Source: Azolla caroliniana (taxonomy: Eukaryota; Plantae; Polypodiophyta). Taken from it: a stretch of DNA of 64,000 bases. Under the pieces are notes generated by a model. The model was given only the letters and a program-made list of their open reading frames with translations. It searched no databases and was not told where the DNA came from. Position numbers and translations under genes: made by a program. Below are positions 26,296-40,700 of the stretch, piece after piece (position 1 is the stretch's first letter; each line of letters begins with the position of its first letter). Location: positions 1,674,001 to 1,738,000 of the forward strand of contig JBHGNT010000015.1 of NCBI GenBank assembly GCA_043228905.1, in the 5' to 3' direction.

Positions 26296-29200
26296 CTCTT
26301 TAAGATGTGTCCACCTTCCAAGTAGCTATCACCCATTTTAACATGTTTCCATATCAACCCATATCAACAACATCAAGTTGCATCTCATCCCTTTCCTTAG
26401 GCTCCACTTCAACAAACGTTTCTTCATTGATCAACCCAAATTTCATTCGTACGCGGGAAATTACGAGAAAGAGAGCACAAGTTATAAGGGAGTTTTAATA
26501 CACATATCTACGCAATTCTCTAGTAAATTCGAAATTTCGACCCTGCCATTTTCTTGACCACCACGTTCATAGTTGGCCACTTCCTACCTATGGCTTGAAC
26601 AAGGGTACCGTTCGAGCATAGGAATGAGTGCATATGCACCACACACATTTTGTATGCATGAGGAGAAATTTTCTTTGCCTAACCTTTTTTTTACCCTTCG
26701 TTTACTAACTCATTAGAAAGAAGAATTTCATAGAAGATGCTTGTGGTGATGCCATGTTGTTTAGCAAAAGCGTAAATGGGTTGAAATCAAGAGGGGTCCA
26801 TGTGGGAACTTGGAACACATTTGTCATAAGGTACAATGAGTAACATTTCGTCATCTTACACGCTAAGCGAACAAATTGATTATTGTTCTTATAGTATGTA
26901 CATACATTGAGAAGTCGACAATATTTTAATCACATATATGTACAATATTAATATAACTCGCGTCCCACGTTGTAGGGAAAGGTCAAGTTTTGTGAGCATC
27001 ACTCGTGACTCAATACGTATAACCTTTATTGTGATTATACATCATTAATGTTCAACGCATTGATCATGTGTGTTCAATTATGTCTCATATGTGGACATGT
27101 GAGCACGCACTCGCATCATAGTCAACTAAGGCACTTTGGTTACTTGAGAATATATGAGGTATCTAAATTGTGTATAAGAGATCTTAGTTAGGAATGTGCT
27201 ATGTCCCTTCCATTAGTCCAAATGACTCTTCTAATAGGGATATATAAAATGCAATCTAGATTCTTATGACTGTTCTAGCTTCAAATAGAACTCACATATT
27301 TATTACCGACATAATCAATATAATAATGAAATAAATAAATGGTAAGTTAGAACGAAGCTTTCTTCACAATGAACATGCTCATCTAATACAATACGCATTA
27401 TATATTGACTTATACAACACAAATGCAGCAGAAACTGAGAAATGAGGATTGTAAAGACGATTCATTTAGATTGATGATGCCGGCTCTTCCTCAGCTGATA
27501 TTATCTTTCTTTACTTGTTGGTATTGGTGTCAATATGGGGGCTTGAGTGAGGATTCTATGCAAAAAAACCATGAACCACTTCCCAACCCTGTAGAACAAA
27601 GTTCATTCATTTTCTTTTGTTGCTTTTTAGAGACAACACCATAATTATTCATGCTTATAGTGTTAGGTACCGTACATGCGATCTATGCTTTGTTTCATGA
27701 ATAATTAATGCAACGCAACAACAATGACATGGAAAGCCACAAGCCACACAAACTATAACATGCTTCATAATGCAAAATGCTTTTAATAGTTAGATGTCTT
27801 TAAAGAGAATGTAGTTTCAAGCTAGGTTGGTTTGGTGTGAATAAGACAATTCCCAATGTTCGCTTTATGTGAATACATATGTGAGTTAGGGAAGGGAACT
27901 CTACTTAAATTGTAATTACATAATGTAAGATCATGTAATGAGAATCTCCCTTGAAGCCATGAAGTGTGAATCACTTGCAAAAAATTTGTGATCTTGCAAC
28001 TCGTTCTCTATGTATTGAAGAATATGGTACTTCTACACCCATTGGAACAATATAACACTATCAACTTAAGGCTATATGGAGTACACATGGGGGGAAATGA
28101 ACCCCCTTAAAGGGGTCACTTTAGAGAAAGTTGAATAACTCAATCTTATGAGATGTCTAAGATCACTTCAGAGAGGAATAATTCACTCACTTTACCAATC
28201 GAAGATCTTCATTTGAGATCATTGAAGGATTGCATTGATACTCCTCCACTGCAACAATATTGTATCGAGATGAGACATCTAATGGGGCTTTGTGATGGGT
28301 TGACATGACCAATGTTGCATTTTGTGCTTTTATCTTTATATAGGTTTGTTACTTTTCATTTTCTTTGGCTTTTGTAGAGACATTAAAACACTTGTCCTCA
28401 CTTCCTTCTACATCCTTGATTGCCATAACACAACACAAAACTCATTTTATGAGGTTAAATATGAACATTTTATAAAGTTAAGTCTACTATGCAAAGGTAG
28501 ATACATTGTGTAATTTGTATCCATTTCATTATTATTTGTCATTAGGAACTTAAGTCAATATAGCACTCTAGGAAATACTCCTTTTAAGTGTTCTTCTTTG
28601 CTTGGCCATAATTGTTTCTCCTTGTCGAAGTCATGTTTGGGCATCATTCTACGCTCTACCCTCATGTTGGCAAGTTAGAAGTGATCGCCCAAGCTCTTTC
28701 AATCGTCTAACTATCACATCAATACACACACTCTCTCTCTCCAATAAAAAAATGTGTTATATTAGTACTCCCTTTAACTTTGGGTTGACATATGTGAATT
28801 GTAGAAATACCCACTATCTTGGCATCAAATAACATCGTGATAAAACTTGCCAAATTTGAGAAATGTTTTAGAAGGTGTAGAAATGGAGTGTATGGCAAGT
28901 ACCTTCACAGATAATTACATGAGTTTTCTAACCTATCATTTTGAGCTTGTATTAAATATGTCCTTCAATGCATTTGAGCTTGTATCAATAGTTATATTGA
29001 GAAGTTAGAACTCGTTGCCCACCTCTACAAGTCGGTGTCAATTGGAAATTGGTTCTTCTAATTAAGTTCAGTTTCCATATCTACTGCCAATATAGAAGTG
29101 TGTTGGGAGGTGTGTGCATCAATCATGCAAGCAAATAAACCATTTTCCTATCCATGATGCATGAATAGTACCTTGAGACATGATTTTCTTAGATTATGAA

Positions 29201-29595
29201 GCCCAAGCTCCACCATTAAACTAAATGTGTCTTCAAATCCAACCAAACATGAATAAGCACATACCACTCCAGCCAAACATCAACATGAATCAGCACACAT
29301 CCATTCCATCCCAACATGAATCTGCATATATCCAGTGGCGTGGACATTCTTTGAAGATTTGTTTCATTTACATGGCAGATTTATGAAGATTCACAAGTTT
29401 CTCAACCTTCCTAGAAGGTTTTTGAATGATGAGGTCATTTATTGTGTCATCATTGTTTGCATGGGTCCTCATCGTCATTTGTAGCGTTGCTTACGTCATG
29501 AATGCTAGCATCATTGCAAGAATACTCCAACCTAACATGAGTCAGCCTATATCCACTGAACTGCCACATATCCACTCAAATCCACGTTTGATTAT

Positions 29596-31938
29596 CTACT
29601 CTTCAATCTTGTGCATTTCAGCTGCTGCATAAATATTGTTCATGCAAATATAAGCCACCTCATATGTTGGGTCAAGCCATATAATATGTTCAAAAGCAAG
29701 TTTTGCAAGCTCCACATTGCCCCATTTTTGACAAGCACCCAATATGGCCGTCCATACGGGTAAATAATCAGACATAGGCATTTTTTGAATCATTACTAGT
29801 GCTTTGTCGAAATGGCCAGAACGGCCAAAAAGGTCGACCATACAAGTGTATTGCTCAGATGTGGGTGCCATATGATAATATGTGGTCATTATTTCAAAGC
29901 ACATTTGGCCTGTCTCAAGTAAACCTGAATGCCGACATGCATTAAGTATGATGGTGAATGTAACCAAATTAGGCTTTATACCTTGTCTTAGCATATTGTT
30001 AAGAAGCTCAATAGCACCGTATAACTCCCCAACCTCAGCATAACCGCTTATGAGAGCAGTCCATGAGACTACATCATAAAATGGAATCTCATCAAATATG
30101 CCCTGTGAGTTTTCTAGAGCACCACATTTGGCATACATATATACAAGAGCATTACTGATGGAAATATCATCTTCCAAGTGTTTTTGGGAAATTTCTACAT
30201 GTATTTCTCTACCTTTTCTAACTTTTACGCTATCAGCACAAGCTTGCAAAATACAAACATACGTCACCGCATCTGGCAAGACACCCTCACATTTCATTCT
30301 TTGGAAACATTCAGATGTTTCCTCTTCATCACCACATTGGACATATGCCGAGATTATAGCATTCCATGTGAACACATCTCGAACCAGAAAGTCAAAAAAC
30401 ATGTCTTGAGCTTCTGCAAATGCACCACATTTTATATACATGTTCACTAATGCTGAGCCAATGAGAGCATTACTTTCTATTAGTCCATCTCGTTCAATCT
30501 CCGAATGTATTTCTTTACCTTTTCTGAGTTCTGTTATTCTCCCACAAGCTTTCAAAACACCAAGAAATGTGGCCACATTCGGTGACAAACCATCACGTTG
30601 CATACGTTCGAAGAAGCTAAGTGCATCCTCACCACTTCCAAATTCAGCATATCCAGCAATGAGTACGTTCCAAGAGACCACATCCCTAATACGAAGTTCA
30701 TTGAACACTTCTTGTGCTCGGGAGAGGGTGCCGTATTTTGCATACATATCTATGAGCGCATTTCCAACTGGGATGCTCTTTTCCAGAAAACCCTCTCTCG
30801 CAATCTCAGCATGTATTTTTCTCCCTTTGTCTTCTGATGACTCTATGTTGCCACAAGCTTTCAAGATACAAACAAAGACAAATGCATCGGGAGAAAGACC
30901 CTCTAACTGCATTCTCTCATAACATTCCAATGCTTTTTCACCATACCCATGTAAGGCATATCCGTCCAATAGTGTCGTCCACAAGACTAAATCTCGAGCC
31001 GGAAGCTCATCAAACACTTCTTGTGCTTTTGTGAGTGCACCACATCTTGCATACATTTCAACTAATGCGGTGCTGACCAGCATACAATTTTGCAATAATC
31101 CCTCTCGAATAATCATAGTATGAATATCTTTGCCTTTCTCAATCAATCCTAAGCCACCACAAGTTTTCAAGATACAAACAAAGATTGACACATCTAGCGA
31201 ATGTCCCTGTACCTGAAATTTCTCAAAGCAATGCAATGCTTCTTCATAATGTCCATATCGAGTAAAGCCAGACATCAACACAGTCCATATGAAGACATCC
31301 TTACCTGGAATCTCATCAAACACTTCTTGTGCCTTTTCCAATGCACCAAATCTAGTATACATATCAACCAAAGCAGTCCCAATGATAACATTCTTATGTA
31401 AAAACCTATGAAAAACTATACTGGCATGTATCTTCTCACCCTTCTCAACATTACCCAAAAAACCACAAGCTTTCAAAGCACAAACATATGTGAAAGCATC
31501 CGGGGAGATTCCTTCACATTGCATTTCTTCATAACAAATCAAAGCTTCTTTGGCCATACCAAGTTGTGTATAACCTGAAATGAGGGAAGTCCAAGAGACC
31601 ATATTCCGAAGTGGAAGATAATCTAACAAGTTTCGTGCTTTCGAGAACTCGCCACATTTAGCATATAGACCCACCAACGCACTGCCTATATAAATGTCTT
31701 TCTCAAGAAGAAGATGACCACGTTTGAGGATGTGGGTGTGTATTTTTATACCTTTCAATAGGTCTTTCTTCTTGGCACAAGATCTGATTTGGGCTAAAAT
31801 CACAACAGGGTTGTCTTGAAATAGTGTGTTTTCTGTATCATAAGTGGTTGAATTTCTCTCAGTGTTTCCATGGTTTGAAAAGACTTCATGGGTTTCCACA
31901 AACTTCTTCTTCATCATCGTAGTCTTCATCATCATCAT
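29596..31938 (-). CDS. Pentatricopeptide repeat protein, PLS subfamily with truncated E region (no DYW), ~780 aa
   Basis: Long intronless ORF (first in-frame ATG at 31938; the ORF track starts at a TTG) with many PLS triplets (SALVEMYARCG, DVVSWNVLIAGYA), ACRHSGL, EQYTCMVDLFGRSG, WTAILGACQKWG. Confidence 0.9.
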   Translation of the reverse strand: MMMMKTTMMKKKFVETHEVFSNHGNTERNSTTYDTENTLFQDNPVVILAQIRSCAKKKDLLKGIKIHTHILKRGHLLLEKDIYIGSALVGLYAKCGEFSKARNLLDYLPLRNMVSWTSLISGYTQLGMAKEALICYEEMQCEGISPDAFTYVCALKACGFLGNVEKGEKIHASIVFHRFLHKNVIIGTALVDMYTRFGALEKAQEVFDEIPGKDVFIWTVLMSGFTRYGHYEEALHCFEKFQVQGHSLDVSIFVCILKTCGGLGLIEKGKDIHTMIIREGLLQNCMLVSTALVEMYARCGALTKAQEVFDELPARDLVLWTTLLDGYALHGYGEKALECYERMQLEGLSPDAFVFVCILKACGNIESSEDKGRKIHAEIAREGFLEKSIPVGNALIDMYAKYGTLSRAQEVFNELRIRDVVSWNVLIAGYAEFGSGEDALSFFERMQRDGLSPNVATFLGVLKACGRITELRKGKEIHSEIERDGLIESNALIGSALVNMYIKCGAFAEAQDMFFDFLVRDVFTWNAIISAYVQCGDEEETSECFQRMKCEGVLPDAVTYVCILQACADSVKVRKGREIHVEISQKHLEDDISISNALVYMYAKCGALENSQGIFDEIPFYDVVSWTALISGYAEVGELYGAIELLNNMLRQGIKPNLVTFTIILNACRHSGLLETGQMCFEIMTTYYHMAPTSEQYTCMVDLFGRSGHFDKALVMIQKMPMSDYLPVWTAILGACQKWGNVELAKLAFEHIIWLDPTYEVAYICMNNIYAAAEMHKIEE

Positions 31939-32799
31939 TATCTTCTTCTTCTTCTTCTTCTTCTTCTTTCTCTTCAATCATCATCATCATCATCAACATC
32001 ATGCAGTCTCTGCAGGTCTATAGAGGTGAAGAATGGAAAGAGAAGGAAGAGAACCTGAGCTCATTTTGAAATTTCTCTGTTGTGATCATGTTATGTGACA
32101 TGAAACTCCAACAACTTTTGGAAACTCTGAAAAATACCCCTGAATGCTGAAATAGCTATTAGGGGCACCATGGATGTTAGTTGTTTCTTCGATTTATGCT
32201 TTGTTTAATGCAACACGATTCGAGGGACAAATGGGCATGGCATGGATCGCCACTTGATGGATATTATTAGTTGTTTTGGGATATGCTTTATTTAAATGTA
32301 GCATTAGTTGCAAAAACAAATACGATGCATGATTTGGGTTTCTATCGTGACTTGTGTGGTTTGTCAACTAAGCACATGATGACATTTGAATAATTGTTTC
32401 GTAGTTTGATATAGTTCTCATAACATGTTATTGCCTTATCTATAACTTCAATTGAATGGGAGATGTTATTGTTAACTTCTATCTTCAATAATAAAAACCT
32501 AATTTTGATTAAAATTTTGACCAAAGAAAGGAATTCCCATCTTCTTCGACCGCTTGTGGATGATTGAAATCTGTGACCTAAAAAAAGTTGGGCTTGTTTA
32601 ACTTCTCACACTATTTAGACCAAATTATCAGAACATTATTTGTTTGACAACATAATCTTTGCATATTTTAAATAAAGCACACCCATAAGCTCAAGGAAGG
32701 TCAATCAATCTCACAAAAGCAAATGTAGAAAGGAGCACAAAGGTTGAGTGCATAAATAGCATCATGGATGGGTCCTTTATTAAAAGTCTTATGCTTAAC

Positions 32800-32953
32800 A
32801 CCTTAGTTTGTGAAGACCCTTTATAATGTGGCTTATGCTTCACACCTTAGTTTACAAAAAAAGCATATGATAAAACCTTAGTTTGTGAAGACCCTTTATA
32901 ATGTGGCTTATGCTTCACACCTTAGTTTACAAAAAAAGCATATGATAAAACCT
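32800..32953. repeat. 75-bp tandem duplication
   Basis: ACCTTAGTTTGTGAAGACCC...GCATATGATAAA occurs twice head-to-tail. Confidence 0.9.
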
Positions 32954-34051
32954 TTTCTTAGTTGGTTAATGCTTAACACCTTCTTTTTTAAAGCAAGGGG
33001 AGCCTTTATTTATTTGGTGCCTTACAAATTACACATTTAACCACTTCTGGTTGGATTCAGCACATGAGAGATAATATGGAAATGGATGAGGCACAGACGT
33101 GTATCCAAAGTCATCAAGTTTGATTTATGCTAACGCAAGAAAGCATACCTAATGAGCAAAGCTTTGAGAATATAAAAACAGATGAGGCATTGTGGTGAAT
33201 CCAATGGAATCAACTTGAGTTATTTGTGAATCCATTTTTAATGGAGAGCATACATGACGACAAAAGCCCCATCCTGAGAACCATGCGGTTGCCTGTAGCC
33301 TCTCAAGGCCAAAGACCCCAACTCTGTGAAGTTCAAGGCACGAGCATGACCAAGAACAATATTGTTGCCAGAACACCCATTGTATGTGTTATGGGCATGA
33401 CAAGAATTTACCCCGTGGTACAGAATTTTTCCCATGATAATTTGCACCGTAGTATTCTATACACGAGAATAAAATTGTGGTCATGCCTGTAACAGTATGT
33501 TAGGCTTTTTCTCACAACTCATCTAAATGTAATGTATTTGATCGATAGTCCAGATAATCCAAAAATCTCTCGGATAATAATAACAAGCAGATGATGAGAA
33601 TTGTTTTGTTCTCCATCCATATAGATGGTACAGATAGAGACAATGCCTCCAACATAGATGCATAGATAGAAAAATGACTTGTACAAGTTCACATTACTAT
33701 ACACTTCAAAAAAGAAAAAGAAAAATAATAAAAAAGAACATGGAGAAAGCCTCTGCATATCAGTTTCAGCTTGATGGTGATGAACAAATAAATGATGGAA
33801 GGGGCTAAGAAAAATAGAATCAATCTAAAGAATTGTACATGTGGGGTGAACTGCAGGACCTAAACCACCATGCGTCATTATTCTGTAGGATGGCGATAAC
33901 GGAGAAGCCAACTAGTTATATATGGAATAAGCAGTAGTAGTCGTAGGAGACTGAACCATCTTCTATATATAGTTAAGTTAGTTGTCTTGTCTTGCCATCT
34001 CAAGAAGAAATAATGTAAAACAAAAAATATTTCTCGGAAGAGTTGTTTTGG

Positions 34052-36861
34052 CTAATCCCATTGAATAAGCAAAGGTTCGGATGCCACCGGAGGTTTAGGG
34101 TTTAGATCAAGTGGTTTAGAGTTTTGATTGAGTGGTTTTGCATTGAGACTGAGATTAGCTCCAAAACTCTCCCATGTTGTTACTGCAGCAGTGGTTGGTA
34201 TTTGGTTTCTAAAACCAGTAGTATTATACCCAGAAGTAGGTGGTATTTGGTTTCTAAAACCAGTAGTATTGTACCCACCTCTTGAAACATCACTTCGGAT
34301 TTTAAGAACATTACTACTTTGTTGGGCCTTTATTAATCTGTCATTTTGAACTTTCAAAGCATCTAGTTTCTCCACATATCTCTGCACCCTTTTAATCTGC
34401 AAATAATTTAAAGTACAATGTTTAGCCACCAGCTTTATAAATATTTCAAATAATAGATAGCATTTTAAGTGTGATTTGAGTGATGTTCTACGCTCCATTT
34501 ATATACTGCTAAACCCTACTCTGGACTCAACTAACCTCCTAATAATATAGTTGAGTATGCAATGTTATCAACTCGATGCACCTAAAGAGCTGACTAAAGA
34601 AGAGAAATGTATTACAAACCAGAATTGTTTTCTGTACGTTGGTATCTCCTTCCACTTTATTTGCATCTAAGATGACCAATTGGCACATCAGTGAATCAAT
34701 CAGTTCCGTTAATTCATTATCGGAGAGATGCTTCCCGCTCAAAATAGCATCTTCAATGTTAACAACCTGATGCAAAACCAAAAAACACAGACACATTATT
34801 GGAGTGAGCAGTGGTGGTTTTATGGCCCAAACAGATAGCATAAGATTATGGCTAGTGTTTGGGGAAAAACAAAATATTTACCAATTGTCTGAATTTTCTT
34901 TTCAAATATTCAAAATAGGTAATTATGAAAAAACCAGCACAATTGTAACTAGAATTCAGCTGAAATTTTTATATATTTTGATCAGGGATTTTGTTCCCTT
35001 AATAATAATAAAAAAGGATATTATGAGAAGACACCATAAAGTTATATGGTGTATTCAGATGAATTTGTCTTTATACATTTCTCTTCAAGATTTTGTTTCC
35101 TTTATAAATATTTACAAATGCCAAGCTCAGTGAGATCAACAGCCATTTATTGAATTGGGGGGGGGGGGGTTACCTGTCCAGAAAGCTTATCCACAGTTTG
35201 TTGCGTCTCAGCGACTGCTTTACATGCTTTTGCCACAGCTTCGTTCTTCCTCAACTCAACTAATCTTTTCTCCCAGCTGGCCGCATCTTCAACCAATATT
35301 ATCTTTGACTTATCTTTCACCCCATACTCAAACAGATAGTCACTATCTTTCTTTTCTTTACCCTTGTAAAGGAGACGTTGTTGTTTCGTTTGTAAGCCTG
35401 TGTCTTCAACTAATGCCTTCTTAAGTTCCCCTATCCATAACAAACAGCAAAATACAGTCAGAATTGAACAATAAAGAAGCGGGAGAAAGGGTAATACAAA
35501 TTACTAACAAAGTTCTTTTGAACTTTGAAGAAGGCCTCAATATTCATGGATTATTATATAATGATCTTTAACAGAACTTAAAATGCGGAAAGGATTGAAC
35601 GGTGGAGTTTTGAATTCCAGAAATTCAGAAGAATCATGCAAGAAGGGAGGGAACATCATCTTCTAGACATAATCTCTCAATCCACTTGAAACAAAGCTGT
35701 GCTATTCTTTTCGCTTTGAAGTAGGAATCTTGAGGAATCACTGGCAAGAAGATGATTTCCAAAAAATTCCACTTTAAAGCAGCAAATCTTTGAACTTGGA
35801 AATGGCACTTCTCCCAATTGAAGTAATGAAGTTCAGGTCGTCTTGGGCCTCCTCTGTGTCCCATTGGGGGTCCTCGTTGCTCACAACGAGCGCCTTCCCA
35901 GGGAACTGCCTAAAAAGTATTTTAAATAACATGATGAACCAGTTCATCAAATATGTTCTTCCCAATGAGCAGTCATTGAAATGCCATCATCTCATTGACA
36001 ACATGAATGATGATGAGTCGACAACATGAATAGTCACGACGTTAGCTTCCCATTGTTTGACATCAGACTGTTTTTTGTTTCTGTTTTTTATTATCTAGGT
36101 GCCACTCAAAACACCTTGAAGATAGCCACATTTTGATACATGCATTTATGATATACATCAAGTGGTTTCCTTTGGACTCTATTATAAACGCTATGTCTGT
36201 ATCAAATATATATGTGGGTAGATACTACCTAGACAATACCTTGGAGGGAACAAATCCCCTAGCCTAGGACTGAGGAAGTGCTTTTAACTGCAAAACTCAG
36301 CATTTTAAGAGAAGGTAAATGAAACTCTCAGTTACATCAACAAGCAAGAAATATCCCTATTCTGCATTTTGCATGCAACAAGACAGCTATCATGTCCAAT
36401 GGTGTTTAGGAACAAAATACCCTAAAATATTATGATCCTAACTTCTCAGATACTTTCATACATATATACACAGCAAGCAGACATGCACACAAACACAGAC
36501 ACAGACATGCCCTGCGTAGAGATGAGCCTAAGTTCTATTATGGATATGCACAAACGCATACAAACCCAACAAACTCACATACATACATGTACAAACACTG
36601 CATTTCAAATGAACAAAAAGAAACAGTGGAGGGAGAGGGAGAGGGAGAGAGAGAGAGAGAGAGAGAACATGACATACCAAAGGTGGAGTGGGATTTGATG
36701 GAGACATGATGTCGGGATCTGCCAAAACAGACCTTGACTCTGATCAATGGCCCTGTTTGTGAAGAATCTGCGTCTGGGTCTCTCTTCTGGACAAGCATAC
36801 CTCCTGGCCTCACCTCCCAGGACTCCTGGGCAGAGCTTTTCTTGGCATTCATTGTTTCCAT
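34052..36861 (-). CDS. BAG family molecular chaperone regulator (ubiquitin-like + BAG domain; BAG1-4 type), 310 aa
   Basis: Exons 36861-36678, 35430-35174, 34766-34620 and 34396-34052 (GT-AG, 933 nt). WEVRPGGMLVQKR, STFGELKK..TGL...QRLLYKGKE..., LM.QL..LD...VEGD....RVQRYVEKLD.LK..N, C-terminal TTWESF...W. Confidence 0.93.
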
Positions 36862-37012
36862 GCACGGAATGGAAAACTGATTGATAGGAAAGAGGAGGAG
36901 GAGGAAGAAGAAGAAGAAGAAGAAGAAGACCTTTCAGCTCCAAATCATGATAAGAAGAATATATGGGCTAAGAATATAGCAAAACCCTGTCCAACTCTTT
37001 CTCTTACACACT

Positions 37013-37014
<2 letters not shown>

Positions 37015-37047
<33 letters not shown>

Positions 37048-37700
37048 TCAGAAGGGAGACAGACAGAAAGATCTACATAAAACAAGGAAGGATTGAGAGC
37101 AAATAGAAATGGGCATTCCAAGAGATTGTCAGAGAACCCAATACATACAGAAATGGAGAGAGAGCAGGAGGAGAACAAAGCAGAACAGAGGCAAATGAAA
37201 GGCAGAGAGGATATAAAGAGAAAGGAGAGCCACATGCATGCATACATATATATACACATACATACATACATAGCATACATGCACTCATACATACATACAG
37301 ACATACATAGCATACATGCACTTATACATACATAGCATACATGCACTCATACATACATACATAGCATACATGCACTCATACATACATACATACATACATA
37401 CATACATAGCATACATGCACTCATACATACATACATACATACATACATAGCATACATGCACTCATACATACATACATACATACATACATAGCATACATGC
37501 ACTCATACATACATAGCATACTTGAACTCATACATATATATATATATACATACATACATTCATAAATGCATGCATACATTGCAATATGTACATACACTCA
37601 TGCATGCATACATTCAGATACATATGTACATAACATAACATACATACATTGCAATACATATATGTATGCACTACATACATTCATACATACATACATAGTG
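37015..37700. repeat. (GT)n and compound (ACAT)n / ACATAGCATACATGCACTC repeats upstream of the BAG gene
   Basis: Visible simple and compound repeats at ~37015-37046 and ~37233-37700. Confidence 0.9.
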
Positions 37701-40700
37701 ACCATATTTACATGGATTGTTTACTTGGATTCAGTCAATATTGATCTCTTTTATTATATAGCTTGTCTGGCTCTTAAAGAATCAATTCATCTTTTCTTGT
37801 CTCTCTTTCACTCTCCCTATTCACTTATGTATGTATGTATTTAAAGTGTCCCTCGGAGCCCGAATCGTCTCTTTGTGTCTCACCTTGCCCCCCCTACCCC
37901 CCTTGATCTTTCACCTTTGTCTTTTCTTATTCCTCGCGTACACCCCATCCTAGGGTGACCACACCGAAGAACCTCACGTGGCACTCGAAACAAAAACCGG
38001 AGGAAAAGTTAGTGCAAGTGCACTTCTTATTGGAAAGAATTGGCTTTCTCACCTCGTCCGGCTCAATTCCTTGACACTTGCATGGCTTGATTGATAGTTC
38101 TTCTACGCCTTGTACGAAAATCATTTTGCTCGCGTTTGGCTCATCGTCAACTCCCATTTCTTGCGCTTGGGTCTAGACACACGGAAAACCTTTGAAATAT
38201 ACCCGTGATGTTTTCCTTTATTTCGCCTCAAGTCCTTGGCTTTTCTATGTTTTTCTAGATCCTCTTGGTCAACACCCTCCTCCGAGTTATATGTGTTGTT
38301 TCAGCAATTGTATGGTCAACTTGTCCCCTTTTCTTGGTTTCGAGGATTGATCTAAGTTCCCTCCACTTCTTGCAGCCTGACAGAGTGGCACTAGTCTCAA
38401 TGTTGCCTTAAGTATCATGTACATAAAGAGAAATGAAGTTTGAATATATTGGATTTTGGATATTGATATGACTTCTTTTGAGGAGACGCTCCTGTCTTGA
38501 TAATAATATCAATACAGTTATTGTACACACATAAAGGAATTAGATTTTGACTTTCGATCAATATGATATATAATGTTCATTGATCGGTTGCCTGAACATT
38601 GTTCAATTGCATGTAAAACATTAAGGACCATTGATACATGATTATGTGTGTTTATTTTTATCATAGAATCTTTAATGGGCAACTCTTTTGCATATAATAT
38701 TTTTTGGCTGCGATATAAGTTCATGCAATCAATGAATTGTGAGCTATAATCATAAACCATGCATGAATACATATTGAACAATGTGGAGAATATTCTCATC
38801 TCTTACGCGTATGAAAGGTGTAAATAAGCACCCACTTGTTTGAGCATTTGACATATTGTCATCGTCATAGCAACCTTCATATTCGTCCTTTTGTCATAAC
38901 CCTCGAAGTAAAAACACCTGCAATTATTTTCCTCGTGTTATCATGCAATGCACACAACTTTTATACTTACCATGGTGTCTTTATGATATATTGTAATATT
39001 ATCATTGGTCTCCCATTGTTATTATTAGAGAAATGGAATGTGCATATTATTTGTTTGGGAGATGGATCAATTACATAAGACTATATAACATCTATTGATT
39101 TAATCATTTTGAAATTGCCAGCAACATGATTCGATCATTGTAATGATATGTTGACTTCATGTGTGTTCAATATTGAAGTTGTGATTCCATCTTTAAACGT
39201 AAAATTTGATTGTTCAACAAAATAGATATTCACATGTGATTAATGGAGTCTCACGAGTGCTTACATAAGAGAGCTAACATACCATGCAACACATGGGCCT
39301 TTCCAAATGATCCAAAAATCAGCTTGATACATGACTATTTAGTTTTAAAGATTTTGAATCATAATATCATCATGAATTAAAGTCTTGCATTGAGCTTGTC
39401 ATTTTCAAGTTGATTATCATTCCACCATGCAGTGTCATACATATGTCACAAAGTGGTGCATGCACGTACAAAGTTGCTTTATATCTTATATGACTTGAGG
39501 AACTATGCATCACATTTGTGCTTATTGTTAAATAACTCGCTTTGCTTCAACTATGTATATCAAAAGCATAGTGCGGGTGTAGTTGGTTCAATTGGCTATG
39601 AGAGGTAGCAAGTTGTGGGTTGTTGAATTATGGTCATCATATGCCAGGATTAATGGAACGAGGTTTGCTAATTCTTTTTAGCTATTATAACATGTCCCCC
39701 AAGCGCCACCACTTTTTCAATATTTGTTTGGGGTAAAATATTTATAAAGACAGGAGAATTTTGTCATGTTCATGATCTCTAGCATCTAACTCATTCTGAA
39801 TTACGCATGATCATATGTTTAAATATTTTGGATTTGCGAGATTTTAGAAGGTGAGATTGTGAATCAGTACTCAACAATGTGAAAAGCTTTTGAGATCTGG
39901 TTGGCCGGAAGGCTGAATAATACATGGTGATGAAATATATTTGGTCCTTTGTGATGAATGCAATTAGAGATGAGTGAAGCAGGAAATTAGCAAACGGTGT
40001 AACTTGTTTGCACGAGACGAAAGGAGAATGGAGGGAAGTTTAAAGAGCTTGTATCCGTTTTATAAATCATCAAACATCAAGGTTCCAATGTTTTATCCCA
40101 TCCCAAGAAAAACTAAGTGAAAAAGGCACCAAACCGTAAAATTTAACAATATATAGTATTCTACCTTTGCTTATTAAATAACAAGGCTTTCTTGTGTTTA
40201 GGAAGGAGGTTCAAGGCATGCACACATCAGAACAGATTAAATCAGTACATGGATTTAGAGCCAAAAACACATAGAAAAAATATATATTTTGCACTGACTA
40301 AGAAAAAAAAGACTACACGTCTGAAAAGTATCGCCCTTTGCAAAGTCATTATGGGATCTTTCTTGATGCACACCAAATAAGGTGATCACGGTCATACTTT
40401 GTGTCCTTTCTCTCCACACAAGTTATGGCGTTTTTGGCCGTTGAACATGTGGCGATCCTAAAGTTGCACGGATAGAATAATTCTCATAATCATATGCTCT
40501 CATAAACCAAAGTAATGTTCTTCAAGACAATTGTCATGCATCGTGAGGTACAATTAGTCATTCTTGTCAATGAGACGGTGAACAACGCGATCAGAGAATA
40601 ATTTTATTCAGATTATATGAGTTAATCATTTCATGTACACATATCCCCGTGTCAAAAGTGATTCGACATTTGTAATACTCCAAACTCTAATCTTTTAAAC

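Noticed and set aside
11443-31938. Functional cluster of organelle-targeted genes (PPR, LIL3, PGAM, PPR)
   Set aside because: PPR genes are very abundant in such genomes and the genes share no pathway; chance adjacency is sufficient.
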